Shown here piece after piece: positions 1-13,040 of a stretch of DNA of 64,000 bases. The notes below the pieces were generated by a model. It was given only the letters and a program-made list of their open reading frames with translations, made no database searches and was not told the origin of the DNA. This DNA is from Mobula hypostoma (Eukaryota), in contig NC_086097.1 of the NCBI RefSeq assembly GCF_963921235.1, forward strand, positions 98,520,001 to 98,584,000. The letters are read 5' to 3'. Position 1 is the stretch's first letter, and each line of letters starts with the position of its first letter. Both the position numbers and the translations under genes were made by a program.

Positions 1-490
1 GGACAGTCAATATAACATAGAAGTACAATTGTATCAGCACGAATTAATCAGTCTGATGGCTTGGTGGAAGAAGCTGTCCTGGAGCATGTTGGTCCTGGCT
101 TTTATGCTGCAATACTGTTTCCAGATGTTAACAGCTGGAACAGAGTGAATACTCCGATAACAGCCAACCTTTCTAATTAGTTTATTGAGCCTGTTGGCAT
201 CACCTGTGTTGAAGCCATTGTCCCAGCACACCACAACATAGAAGATTGTACTGGCGACACAGACTGGCAAAACATGTGAAGGAGAGGCCTACGTACCCCA
301 AAGGACCTCGGTATCCTCAGGAAGTAGAGGTGACTTCTGCCCTTGTATACAGCCTGTGTTGTTGCTCCACTCAAGTCTATCATAAGGTGCACCCCCTGGC
401 ACTTGTAGGTCTTCATCCATGTCCTTACCATCTCCTTTGTCAAATGGTGTAAACTGAATCATCTGCAGCTCAACATCGGTAAGACGAAGT
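1..490 (-). mobile_element. Rex1/Babar-like LINE RT C-terminal remnant
   Basis: Broken frames give LYFLR...SF...STIFYVVVCW...DANRLNKLIRK...DSFFHQAIRLIN. Confidence 0.7.
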
Positions 491-577
491 CCTCCACCAG
501 GGTCATCCTGCATTTATAACTGAGTGTAGGAAGTTAGAAGGCAGTAACAGTCCATTGCCAGAGTAAAATCCAGTTTT

Positions 578-1740
578 AGACAATAGATGCAGGAGTAGGC
601 CATTCGGCCCTTCGAGCCAGCACCGCCATTCACTGTGATCATGGCTGATCATCCACAATCAGTACCCCATTCCTGCCTTCTCTCCATATCCCTTGACTCT
701 GCTATCATTAAGAGCTCTATCTAACTCTTTCTTGAAAGCATCCAGAGAATTGGCCTCCACTGCCTGCTGAGGCAAAGCATTCCACAGATCCACAACTCTC
801 TGGGTGAAAAAGTTTCTCCTCAACTCCATTCTAAATGGCCTACCTCTTATTCTCAAATTGTGGCCTCTGGTCCTGCACTCCCCCAACATCAGGAGCATGT
901 TTCCTGCCTCTAGCGTGTCCAATCCCTTAATAATCTTATATGTTTCAATCAGATCCCCCCTCATCCTTCTAAATTCCAGTGTATACAAGCCCAGTTGCTC
1001 CAATCTTTCAACATATGACAGTCCCGCCATCCCGGGAATTAACCTCATGAACCTCCGCTGCACTCCCTCAATAACAAGAATGTCCTTCCTCAAATTTGGA
1101 GACCAAAACTGTACACGATACTCCAGGTGTGGTCGCACCAGGGCCCTGTACAACTGCAGAAGGACCTTTTTGCTCCTATACTCAACTCCCCTGGTTATGA
1201 AGGCCAACATGCCATTTACTTTCTTCACTGCCTGCTGTACCTGCATGCTTACTTTCAGTGACTGATGAAGAAGGACACCTAGATCTTGTTGTACTTCCCC
1301 TTTTCCTAACTTGACACCATTCAGATAGTAATCTGTCTTCCTGTTATTGCCACCAAAGTGGATGACCTCACGTTTATCCACATTAAATTGCATCTGCCCA
1401 CTCACCCAACCTGTCTAAGTCATCCTGCATTAACTCAACATCCTCTGCACATTTCACACTGCCACCCAGCTTTGTGTCATCTGCAAATTTGCTAATGTTA
1501 CTTTTAATCCCTTCATCTAAATCATTAATGTGTATTGTAAATAGCTGTGGTCCCAGCACCGAGCCTTGCAGTACCCCACTAGTCACCGCCTGCCATTCTG
1601 AAAGGGACATGTTAATCCCTACTCTGTTTCCTGTCTGTCAAACCAATTTTCAGTCCATATCAGTATCCTAGCCCCAATACCATGTGGTCTAATTTTGTCC
1701 ACTAATCTCCTATGTGGGACCTTACCAAAGGCTTTCTGAA
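578..1740 (-). mobile_element. CR1 LINE, 5'-truncated (RT C-terminus and 3' UTR)
   Basis: ORFs 659-1405 and 1383-1610: QGSVLGP, KFADDTKL, LYRALVRPHLEY, RRMRGDLIETYK, WNALP. Confidence 0.92.
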
Positions 1741-1828
1741 ATTTTGCTAGCATCTTTAGTGATAATCAAAACATATCCTTCATCACATAATTAATGCAGA
1801 AGCTACAGAGGAGAAATTCCACGTATAC

Positions 1829-2402
1829 TTAGATTAGATTAGATTCAACTTTATTGTCATTGTGCCGAGTACGGACACAAAGCCAATGAAATGCAGTTAG
1901 CATCTGACCGGAAATGCAAAGCATAGTGTTATTTACAAAATAACTGCGAATAAAAAGTAAGTGCTACAACACACAAATATAAAAGTACTGAGACAGTACA
2001 ATATGGATGCAATACTGCTTAGCGCTGTGATATGAGGTTCAGCAGGGTCACAGCCTCAGGGAAGAAGCTCTTCCTGTGCCTGCTGGTGTGGGACCGGAGG
2101 CTCCTGTAGCGCCTACCGGATGGGAGGAGAGTAAAAAGTCCATGGTTAGGGTGAGATGCATCCCTGATAATGCTTTTTGCCCTGCCCAGGCAGCGTTTAT
2201 GATAGATGTTCTCAATGGTGGGCAATTGGATGCCGATAATCCGCTGGGCAGTTTTCACCACACGCTGGAGTGCTTTGCGGTCTGATACGGGACAATTGCC
2301 ATACCACACTGAGATGCAGTTAGTGAGTATGCTCTCAATGGTACAGCAGTAAAAGTCCGTCAGTATCCTGGGACAGAGGTGAGCTTTCTTGATGCTCCGC
2401 AG
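1829..2402 (-). mobile_element. Rex1/Babar-like LINE 3' fragment
   Basis: ORF 2019-2456 FY..TIESILT.CISVWYG...HPNHGLFTLLPSGRRYRS...SFFPEAV; (TAGAT)n tail at about 1830-1845. Confidence 0.85.
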
Positions 2403-2627
2403 CATATTAAGATCTAGTGACTTTTGATAGGAGTTGAATTTGATTTGTGGCCACAATTAAGATTAGATATGATGCTTCTGGCAAATAATTTGGTGGAAGA
2501 TTAGTTGTACGTATTCATATAATTACTAGTTCTACCCCATGAAGTTGCACCCCATGAGGACTAGTGCCTCGAGAGAATTAGGGTGAAAGAGGGGACAATG
2601 AATTCCTAAAAACTGAAGTAGCTTTAA

Positions 2628-2816
<189 letters not shown>

Positions 2817-3149
2817 TAAATCCCTTCGTGTTATTTGCAGTAATGGCTATCCCTTTAAAACGTGATCATTGTGTAGAGGTCATGCAAGCTGAACATTTTG
2901 GGGTATTTGAAATTAACACATTGTTACAAAGTGGGGATCCCATTTTGATTTGAGTGCATAAAATTTTGTTGACTTGATCCCGAAGTGTGTGTTTTCTTTA
3001 AAAGATAATTTTGGCAAGACAATGCATTGGTAGTTGGACAGTTCTGAAATCCCCAAAGCTGTAGAAGTATGCTGAAAATCCCAATGGAGACATTGTTTTG
3101 AAAAGAGAAATGTTGCATGAGCGATGTGATGAGAATACACATAAATTAA

Positions 3150-3912
3150 GATGTTAGCTGGCCTGGGCTGGCACCAGTGGGATCAGCAGTTGGTCTGCCA
3201 CCTGTCTTCAGGAGAGAGAGAGATAAGGAAAACAATGGAGCAGCATTTGGAGATGTTAATGAAGGGACAGGAGAGAGTAACGGAAGGAGAGCTGTCAAGA
3301 TCGGCTCCCCCTTTGAACCCTGAACTGTTTGAAGTGATGGACAGGCGTTACCCCAGCAGGCGGATAAAAAGGGACAGGTTTGCTAAGGCAATACACACAT
3401 GACACCCCGAGGTAACGAGACCCTGGAAGCGGTGCGACTCCCACAAGTCGGTGGGAAGTTTTTTTGGACGGCTGGTCGCGGGACAAGCCATAGACGCACA
3501 GGGTGGAAAGGCACGATCGGCGGGAACCTGGTGTGTGTCCACCCTTGCCTGGGTGCCGGGTTCACCGCAGAGAAACGATCGTATCTGGAAACTGAGGGGT
3601 CACGGTCGGTGACCTCAGATGACATCACAAAGGACTCGCCCGAAAGCTGACTGCGAAGGTCTGTGTGTGGAAGCCGTTTGAATATTCATTCGTTTTGCTC
3701 TCTCTCTCCTTCCCCCACACTGTCCATCTCCCACGGCAGTGATTACTGCGAACTGAACTGAACTAAATTGAACTGAACTTTGCGTCACTTTGAAACTGGT
3801 CATTTACCCCTAGACAACGATAGAGCTTGATTGATCCTGTTATCTTAATTCTGTGTACATGTATGTTTATCATTGCTGAACTGTTGCATTTATTATCCTT
3901 TTGATTAGAGTA
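3150..3912 (+). mobile_element. LTR-like repeat remnant (probably a truncated solo LTR)
   Basis: CpG-rich block in AT-rich intron, with (AACTG)n at 3751-3778; no complete TG..CA or TSD seen. Confidence 0.45.
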
Positions 3913-6432
3913 AGAGTAACGAATCCTGAAGGATTTTCTGATCATGTGTGGTCTTCCCACCCACTGGATTCTTGATCAGTTTTCAGCATGAATCTGGTAT
4001 TAGTTATGATATCACCTCTTGTTTTGACAAGACTTATTCTGATCAAGTATTAATACAGTACTTTCTTTCAGTGTATCACTAGATGGATGTTGCACTCCTT
4101 AGGTGCTCTGAACTACTGCACGATCATACAACGTACTTGTGTGTCTTTATAGCAATTAAAACAATCACATAGTGTGCACTTTTTGATTGGTCCACTTCCA
4201 GTGATGCTAATTTGTTAGATACTCCAAACGTAAAACAAATTATACAGCAATGGATCAATACGTCAAGGAGCAAAATGTCTTGGTTTCATGGCTTGTAACA
4301 AAATTGTTTGCATACTGCTGTCTCCTTGGTTGAGAGATAGCTTTTCGTACACATGCATAAATCTCTACCCAGGTCCATCTTCCCCCTTCGTATTCCTGAT
4401 TTTTATATGACCGTTTTTCCATCCTGTACATGTACACCCATGCCCAAGTGGCTTCCACCACCCACAAATTGGTGCATCTGTCCTCCACTCCATCTTTTCT
4501 TTCCAGTAACCTTCAACCCCTTTCAATCCCTTTCAAAACCCTTGTGATCACTGTCAAGAGATATGTGTCCTGTGTTCCTTGCCTCTCCATTTGTTTTCCC
4601 TCTCCTAGTCTATTTGTTCTAGTTGTGCTCCGGCATGTTTGCCTACACTTGTGCACTATTCAACCCTGTGTCTTGTTTCCTGCACTACTTCAGCCCACAC
4701 TTCCACCTACCCACCTATAGACAGTAAAACCTGGAAATCGAGGTATTAGTTGTTAAAGGACCTTACTCCTTCTCAAGCTCTACTGGACATTTGTTGATAA
4801 ATTGAGTACTACAGCATGACACGTGTGAAACTGGTGTACTCAATAAATCCATTAAAAATGCCAAGGAAAGCTGTGGTTACCTTTTCAAGGGTATTTGAAT
4901 TTTTAACATTTTTCTAAGTGAGAATTAATGTTGCGGGACTTCCTGATAATTTAAAAAAGAATTTTTTCAGCTTTTTATAATTGTTAAATGCCTTTTTAAT
5001 ATGTAATTTTTTAATTTTTGTTTTTCTTTGTTTCATATGTCTCTCAAATGTATTTTTGTTTGATTTGGCTTTAAATTGTTCTATCTGAGCATGACTAGTG
5101 TTTAGAAAGCTGTGCTCTTTGTGTTAGCTCAGGAGAGAATAGCACTTTTGACACTTTCACGTTAGTCTTGTTTTGATTCAGATCTTCCTGCTGTTTATCT
5201 CTCAAACACATCCACTATCACAATTTTGATTCAGTAAGAATATTTCTTTCAGGTTAAGGAGGTGCATCATTTCTGTGTGTTGATCTCCTCACAGGATTCT
5301 GTGCTGAAATGTGATTTCTAGTGCAAAGTTTCATTTTAAAAACATCATTGTGCTTCTATGTCTGATGACTGATGTTGGATATCAGTCTGTTCTGTCCCAC
5401 TGAGCTGCTTTAACCTTTAACATTTACACAAGGGCTGTATAGTAGAATACATTCAACACTGTCAGCCTGGTTCTGGAAATTCTGTTGAAAATGGAGGCCA
5501 CAGGAAACACTTTACAAAGCAATGCAGCTCTTTTTTTTTTCTCCCCACCTCCTGCTGCACCCCACCCCATTATTTGTGCACAAAAGTTCTTCTTTGCAAG
5601 TCTGTCCCTCTCTTTCTCCCTTTTGTGTGTGCTCCATATTTCCTTTCTCCTTCCATGTCCTTGGTCGGGGAGTGGGGGTGGAGCGTTGCTGGGGACAACA
5701 GCAGTATGAGTAAACTTGAAACCAAAATTGGGCTCCAAAATATGGGCTAGGTGTTGTTGTTGGAACAGTGGTCAGTTTGACAAGGTGAAATTTAAATTCA
5801 GTTTCCTCTGCTCCCTTTAAACTTGTTGGACTCAGTATTTTGTTTCTTTTAAACATGCTGAGAAAAAAATGATTATACCACTGTAATATGTCAAGAAAGT
5901 GAAATTAAACTGTATTGTGGTAATAAGAAAAATGTCCAGTAGTCTTAAAAAAGTTGCTAGCTACCGAAGTCTCAATGGTGTTGGGTTATAAGGCAATAAG
6001 ACAGCAATAGTCCATTAAGTCTGCTCTCCCTCTTACCTCATTATCCTACCATCTCCCCATAACCTTTGACACCTTTTTTATTTACTCCACTTTAAATATA
6101 CCCAGTAATCTGGCCTTCACAGCTGCATGTGGCATGAGTTCCTAAGATTCACCACCCTCTAGCAAAAGAAATTCTTCCTCATTTTTGTTCCAAAGGGATG
6201 TACTTCTATTCTGAGACTATGCCTCTAATTCTAGGGTCCCCGCGATAAGAAACTCTCTCTGTACGTCCATTCTAGACCCTTTCAATATTTGTCAGGTTTC
6301 AATGAGCTCCACTCTTATTCTTCTAAACTCTTACGAGTACAGGGCCAGAGCTGTCAAACACTCCTCATATGTTAATCTTGCATTCTTAGAATCATTCCCA
6401 TGAAATCAAAACTGCTCACAGTACTTGAAGTG

Positions 6433-7466
6433 GCTGGCTGGTGGTGCAATGGCATCAGCACCGGACTCCAGAGCGAAGGCTTCCGCGTTTGATTCCAAGT
6501 TGGGCCCCCCCCCCCCCCCCAGCACGCTTTCCATTCGTACCGGGTTGAGTGTTGAGCTAGCGACTCGGCCTCGTTAAAAATACAAGGGTCAAGTCAGGAA
6601 TGTTCATATCGTGACCCGGTATACAAAATGCACACCAGCCACAGCCCTGCAGACCTTCGCGCCATGCTGCCTTCATCTTATGAGAAACGGCGCACCATAC
6701 GATCAAGTTTATCTATGCCTGCTCATGCTGTTTCTATCCCTGATGCGAGAGCCTACACACTGGGTAGAAGCTTCCTTCACTGTGCTATCAGGGTTTGGAA
6801 CAGCCTTCCAGATGCTGTGGTTGGAAACATCTGCGACAATAGGGTCCAAGGCTTCAAGAGTAGAGTGCAAAACACCTATCATCTCCGGGAGGGAAGTCAC
6901 ATGCTTCTTCATAAGCTATCATGAAGGGGACCAGGATGGCAATGCTTGGTTGTTGGTAGGTAGGGTTAATACCTGACTTTCAAGAGCACTTGTGAGTTAT
7001 GTTCCGGCTAGACTTAGTCCTTAAACTGCTGGAGAACAGTGCGGAAAGAATAGGTGCTGTTTTCTCCCAGTAGGGATTAGTTTTTATTTCCAAGTGTTCC
7101 TGCCACGTTTTGTCACCCTGCAACCTTATCCTTCAATCTCCTTGAATTATGGAGGACAGCATGTGTATAAATGTCTTTCTCCAGCAGACTTCATCATGAT
7201 CATCATGACTCCAATATTTCTACTATTTTTTAAATGTTTTTTAATTGTACGCATGATTTTTTTTGTGTTCTATCGCTGAGCAGTAGTGAACCATCTGATT
7301 GGCCTATCAGAGTTCTCTTTGGGAACTAGTTGACCTGATCAGCATTTCTGATCTGGCTATTGTTCACGATTGCACTTAATAAAAAAAAAAAGAAAGGAGA
7401 CCAATCCTGACACCACGTGCCAGACAAGAATGGCTGACTATCTGGTGCGACACGCTTAAAAAAAAA
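6433..7466 (+). mobile_element. tRNA-derived SINE with 13-bp TSD, itself interrupted
   Basis: A box TGGTGCAATGG 6442-6452, B box GTTTGATTCC 6487-6496, A-tail; TSD agtact(t/c)gaagtg at 6420-6432 and 7467-7479. Confidence 0.8.
6621..7391 (+). mobile_element. 5'-truncated poly(A)-tailed LINE (CR1/L2 group) nested in the SINE
   Basis: ORF 6628-6924 contains SF...IRVWNSLP...FK, typical of a LINE ORF2 C-terminus; long 3' UTR ending aataaaaaaaaaaaa. Confidence 0.7.
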
Positions 7467-8709
7467 AGTACTCGAAGTGCAGTCTGACCAGTGCCTTATA
7501 AAGCCTCAGCATTACATCTTTGCTTTTATATTCTAGTCTTATGGAAATGAATGTTGACATTGCATTTTCCTCCTTACTACTGACTCAACCTGCAAGTTAA
7601 CCTTTAGGGAATCCAGCACAAGGATTCCCAAGTCCTATCCAAGTATATTCCAAGTGTGTGTGTGTATATATATATATAGTGAATTCTGAAACCTGAAGAT
7701 CTTTATTCCTTCTACCAAAGTGCAAGACCATACACCTCCCTACAGTGTATTCAGTCTGCCACTTTGTTGCCCATTCTCAAGTCCTTCTGCAAACTCCCTG
7801 TTTCCACAACACTGCCTGCCCCTCCACCTGTCTTTGCATCATCTGCAAACTTGGCCACAAACACATCAATTCTCTCATTTATATCATTAACATATGATGT
7901 GAAAACTAGTGGACCCAACACCAAGCCCTGCAGAACACCATTAGTCACTGGTAGCCAACCAGAAAATGCTCCCTTTATTTCCACTCCTTGCCTCCTGCCA
8001 ATCATACTACCCATGCTAGTATCATTCCTGTACTACCATGGGCTCTTGTTTATCAGCTTCATGTGTGTCATCTTGTCAAAGCCTTTTTGCAAATCCAAGT
8101 TAAAAACATCTACTGGTTCTTATTTTTCTATTCTGCTTGCTATTTCCTCAAAAATTCCAACAGATTTGTCAGGTAAGATTTCTCCTCAAGGAAAACATGC
8201 TGATTTTGGCCTATTTTATCATGTGCTTCCAAGTATCCTGAAACCTCATCCTTAACAATGGACTCTTAACATCTTGTCAACCATTGAAGTCAGTCTAACT
8301 GGCCTGTCATTTCCTGTCTTTTGTCTCTCCTTAAGGAGTGGAGTGACACTTGCGATTTTCCAATTCTCTGGAACCGTTCCAGAACCTAGTGATTCTTGAA
8401 AGATCAGTGTTAATACCTCCACAATCTCTTCACCTACCTCCTTCAGAACCCTGTGGTGTAGGTCTAGGTGACTTATCTACCTTCAGACCTTTCAGCTTTG
8501 TAAGCACCTTTTCCTTCATAATTATGACTACACTCACCTCTGCCCCTTGACATTTGAATTTCTGGCATGCTCTTGGCATCATCTGCAGTGAAGGCTGACT
8601 CAAAATACAATTCAGTCTGTCCTACATTTCCTTTGTTTCGATGTCCATTCTTGCCTCTCTTTTACTCTTCATAAATCTGAAAAAAATCTTTTGGTATCCT
8701 CTTTCTTTA

Positions 8710-9439
8710 TGTAGCCCCCCCCGGCAAGCCTCAGGGTCGCTCAGCTCACTGTCGTCTAGGGAAACGGCCCTCGGCCCCGCCAAACTGGGTAATTAGTTGG
8801 TGTGGATGCTGTGTGATATACCCCTCCCCGCCCAAATAACAGACAATACACCAGATACAATTAAATGAATTACGGTTTATAGATATTACTGGAACTATAT
8901 AATTAATAGAGAATAAAATATGAAAGGAAAATAAAAGGTGCCACACTTATCAAAGTTCAATCTCTTCATGCACAAACAGTTGGAGCTTGGGACCCTCCTT
9001 CTTCACCCTGCGATCCCCTTGAACCACCTCGACCTGCCGCCTGGGACCAACAACGGTGGTCGACCAGACGCTCCACATGAGTTCGTCTCCGTCTCTGTCT
9101 CCTCTCCTCGCCGAACACCCTGGACCTCGGACTCCTGATTGGGGTCCGACCCCGTTAGCTGACTCACGGCACCTTGTCCATTCTGTCTCTGTCTCTCTGT
9201 CTCTCTCGCCTTCTGCCCAAAAACCCGCGCATCATAATAACTTACAAACACACAGAAAGAATAAAATCTATCCCAATTGGTTTGTAACACCCTCTTATCA
9301 ATAACATAATCCAAACAAACTGCTAGCGGGAGGACTTTCTCAGCAGTTAACATAACAAAGAAGCCATTTTAGTTATAACATAACAAAGAAGCCGTTTTGT
9401 TTAGCCTGTGCGGTAACATAAAAGAAGAAACCCCTTACA
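8710..9439. mobile_element. Solo LTR, 730 bp, 4-bp TSD
   Basis: Starts TGTA, ends TACA; TTTA duplicated at 8706-8709 and 9440-9443; CR1 resumes on both sides. Confidence 0.85.
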
Positions 9440-12065
9440 TTTATATTATTGGCTGGTTAATCTTTATATTTCATCTTATTGTTTTTGTAAGTTGTCTTCT
9501 GGTTTTTAAAAGCTTCCCAATCCTCTAGCTCTTTTTTGTTATACAGTATGCCCCTCTTTTGCTTTTATGCTGTCTTAGATGTCACTTGCTAGCCACAGTT
9601 ACCTCATTAGAATGCTGCTGCCTCTTTGAGATGATTCTGCAACTTCCGAATTACTCCCAGAAACTCCAACCATTGCAGCGCTGCTCTCATCACTGCTTGT
9701 GTCTCCTTCTAATCATCTTTGGTCAGTTCTTCTCTCATGCCTCTTTGCTCAACTGTAATACCTGATCTTAGCTTCTCCCTCTCAAACTGCAGGCTGAATT
9801 CTACTTCATGATTACTAAAGGTTCCTTTACTTTAAGCTGGTTCATTACACAACACCCAGTCCAGAATTGCATTTTCCCTAGTGGGCTCATCCACAAGCTG
9901 CTCTAAAAAGCCATCTTGTAGCCATCTTCTTGGAATCCCAAGACGAATCCCAAATTCCTTCCTTTGGGATCCAACACCAACCTGATTTTTTTCCAATTTA
10001 CCTGCAATTTAAATGAATCACGATCAATGTAACATAACCCTTTTAACACACCTTTTCTATCTTCTTTTGTAATTCGTAGCCCACATCCTGGCTACTGTTT
10101 GGAGGCCTGTATACAAGTCCCACCTGGGAGTTTTTAACCTTGCACTTTTAATTCTACCGTCAAGGCTTCAACATCTTTTGACCCTATGTTATTTTCTAAG
10201 AATTTAGTTTTATTTTTCACCACCTCCTCCTCCTCTGCCCACCTGTCTGTCCTTTGATTCAATGTGTACCCTAGGATATTAAACTCCAAGCTGTGATCTT
10301 TTTCAACAACAAATCCAATGCCCACAACATCGTACTTGGCAATTTCTAAGATCATCTACCATACTTTGTATACTACATGCATTCAAATATAACACCTTCA
10401 TTTCTATACCATCAGGAGTTTTTGTCTTTGTCCTTGCCTTTTCCCATACTGTTCAAACCTTAATGCAGTTATGCAGCTTTGGTCTTTGGCTTTAGTGTAA
10501 TCTTTATATCAGTCACTCATTCTGGATTGTGTCGTTAAGAATGTTGGATTTGTGTATTTCTTAGTAACAAGCAGGAAATGCCTGTAAGCTGCACTAGGCA
10601 GGAGCCAGCTGTTTGTGGAAAGATCCTGAGCCCACAGTCACTCCTCATGACACCAGTGATTGTTTGTTGGAGCGAGGGGTTATGCACATCTTGATTATAT
10701 CCAAACCATCTGCTGGCATCAATTCAAGTGACTGAACAAGCTCATTTGAAAAACTTTTTCTCTACAAACCTCACCTTTGCATCCACTTCAGAGATCATGG
10801 GCTTGTCCACCAGCCCTACTGTCAAAGAGGTTTTGCTTTAACCTTGTGTGTACCTTACACTTCTTGTAAGAAACAGCAAGAGTGCACTCTGCTTCAGAGT
10901 ATTTCTGGAAGGGAATGATTATGTGTGTTTCCTCTGGTCTTGCAGTTCTTATTATAATTATAATCAAAATATTTTTAAATGTGTTCATTCAAACTATACC
11001 TTAGTTTATAGCCGCACATGTTCATATTGAGCTTATCAGTAAGGGTGCAAGTACAGATAATAACATCAACATAAACACATGCCATTAAATCAGTTAATAC
11101 TACTGTAAGATCCAGTGCATTGCCTTGATTCCAAAAGTACTTCTGAGTCTTGACTCATAATTGCTTCTATGCGGTGACCATAGATGAATGGATGTTCTTT
11201 AACAGCTGGCTCTTTAAGAATTGTAACTTAGCAATTTGCTGTCATAGGACACAAAATGGGTAAAATATAATCATTTGGGGCAGGAGAAAGATGCAGTTGG
11301 AACATTTAGGCAGTTTTTTAAGCTTAATGAAGTACAAGTTTTGAGGCCGTTTTTGTTAAAGACAATGCAGCTTGTATGCATTCATAGTCTGATCCAATAT
11401 GCTATCTTCGTACTGATCTGGTGTAGAGATTGATGCTGATGTACAGCCACAGAAAGCAGTTATATTCAGACACTGCGGATATCATTACATCTTTGAATCT
11501 ATGTCCATTTATGAACTGGAACTTATCTAAAACTCTGTCCTTTTCCAAACTCTAAGTTGAATTTTACCAGTAACCACTGTGCTCACAGATCTGCTTTGGC
11601 TCCCAGTCCAGCAAAGCCGCCTTTAAAATTTCTGTCCTTTACTCCAGATTTCTGTGTGGCCTTGCTCTGGAACCATCTCCAGTTTTACTAAGAACCTTCA
11701 GACTACCAATTCAGGTCTGTGCAACACTGTTCCTCTGCTCCACCATTGTAACCATCTCTTCAGAACCTCTTGAATTCTCCCCCCCACCTCCCCGCAAGAC
11801 CTTCTCTGCAACTTCTTTCTCAGTTTAAGAAGCTCCTTTTATAACTTTTGGTTTGATGTAATTTCTGTTACATAGCGTACTGTCACATTTTATGCCAGCA
11901 GCATAATAGGATCAGTGCTTACACAACAAGTTTCAGTAAAAACAGGCAAGATTCATGCTCTTGTGATAGGATTCTGGACGCACCCTAGCTTCTCTCCTAC
12001 CTCTTGTCAAAGAAAATAACTTTGAAATAACGCAAGCTCACCTGGAGATGCCCTATATTAGAATA

Positions 12066-12312
12066 ACGGTTAGTGCTACACTGTTACACCTTGGCATTGG
12101 AGTTCAGAGTTCAATGCCTTTGTACATCCTCCCCATGGAAGTTGTGGGTTTTTCCGGGTCCTCCTGTTTCCTCCCACAGTCCAAAGACCTACCAGGTAGG
12201 TTAATTGGTTGTTGTAAATTGTCCCATGAGTAGGTTGAGGCTAAATGGGGTTAGGGGATTGTTGGGCAGCATGGGTCAAAGGGCCTACTGTGTGCTGTAT
12301 CACTAAATAAAT
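12066..12312 (+). mobile_element. V-SINE-like (HE1-type) SINE
   Basis: Core gggtttttccgggtcctcctgtttcctcccacagtccaaagac...ggtaggttaattgg...gtaaattgtccc. Confidence 0.7.
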
Positions 12313-13040
12313 AGTCTGCAGCTAGTAGGTAGCAAATGTTATCTCTGATAACAATTCAATGTGTGATGAATAATTCAACAACATCTGGATTATTTCCTCT
12401 TCAATGTCCCTACACCTGTATTAGACTTTGCAGCCTTCATGGACCTTTGGGGTGTAGGGAGCATTGTGTACTCGTAGAGATAATTCACTGGGAGGATGGA
12501 AACACTCTGGCTTGGTGGAAGTAGAAATGGGCTGCAGGCTACATGTTTCCTTGTTTCTGCTCTGCCATTCAGTAAGTTCATGGCTGATTGTTTATCTCAG
12601 AGAATCTTTTCTGCGTCAACTCCATACCTGTTGGTTTTGTTTATTTTGGAAAATCCATCCATCTCTGATTTGAATATACTCAGTAATTGAGCCTGCACAG
12701 CCCTCTTGTGCTGATGAGTTACCCTCTACCTGAAGAAAATTTCCCCAAGATGACACCTTGTTTAGAGACTGTGACTCTTGATTCTGCCCCCCACCCCCAG
12801 TCTGATATCATCCTTGTAATTATTCTGTTAACTGTTAAGACTTTTGTATGTTTCAATGAGGTGACCTCTCCTAATTTTGAGAGTATAGTATTGATCCCCC
12901 CTTCAAGGACAAAATTCCTACCCACCTCAATCTATTTTTGCAATAGAGGGAGTATGACATAATACTAATGAACCTTTGTTATGCTCCCTCTATTGTAAAA
13001 ATATCCTTCCTAAGAAAGAAAGATCAGACATGTGCATAGT

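Larger units (their letters stand above)
5985..10400 (-). mobile_element. Old degenerate CR1 ORF2 (endonuclease to 3' end), interrupted by younger insertions
   Basis: ORF 7751-8014 (GVLQGLVLGP, KFADDAK), ORF 10134-10355 (endonuclease-like YDVVGI); colinear with the CR1 at 58076-60343. Confidence 0.8.

Noticed and set aside
804..1265. Long + strand ORFs opposite LINEs (also 7764-8255, 59952-60245)
   Set aside because: Antisense shadows of CR1 ORF2.
3751..3778. Short tandem arrays such as (AACTG)n, (TAGAT)n and (ATAGAAC)n as CRISPR-like or regulatory arrays
   Set aside because: They are LTR microsatellites or LINE 3' tails with no spacers, in a eukaryotic context.
6433..6500. tRNA gene
   Set aside because: A and B boxes are present, but it continues into a SINE body with A-tail and TSD, and no full cloverleaf was found.
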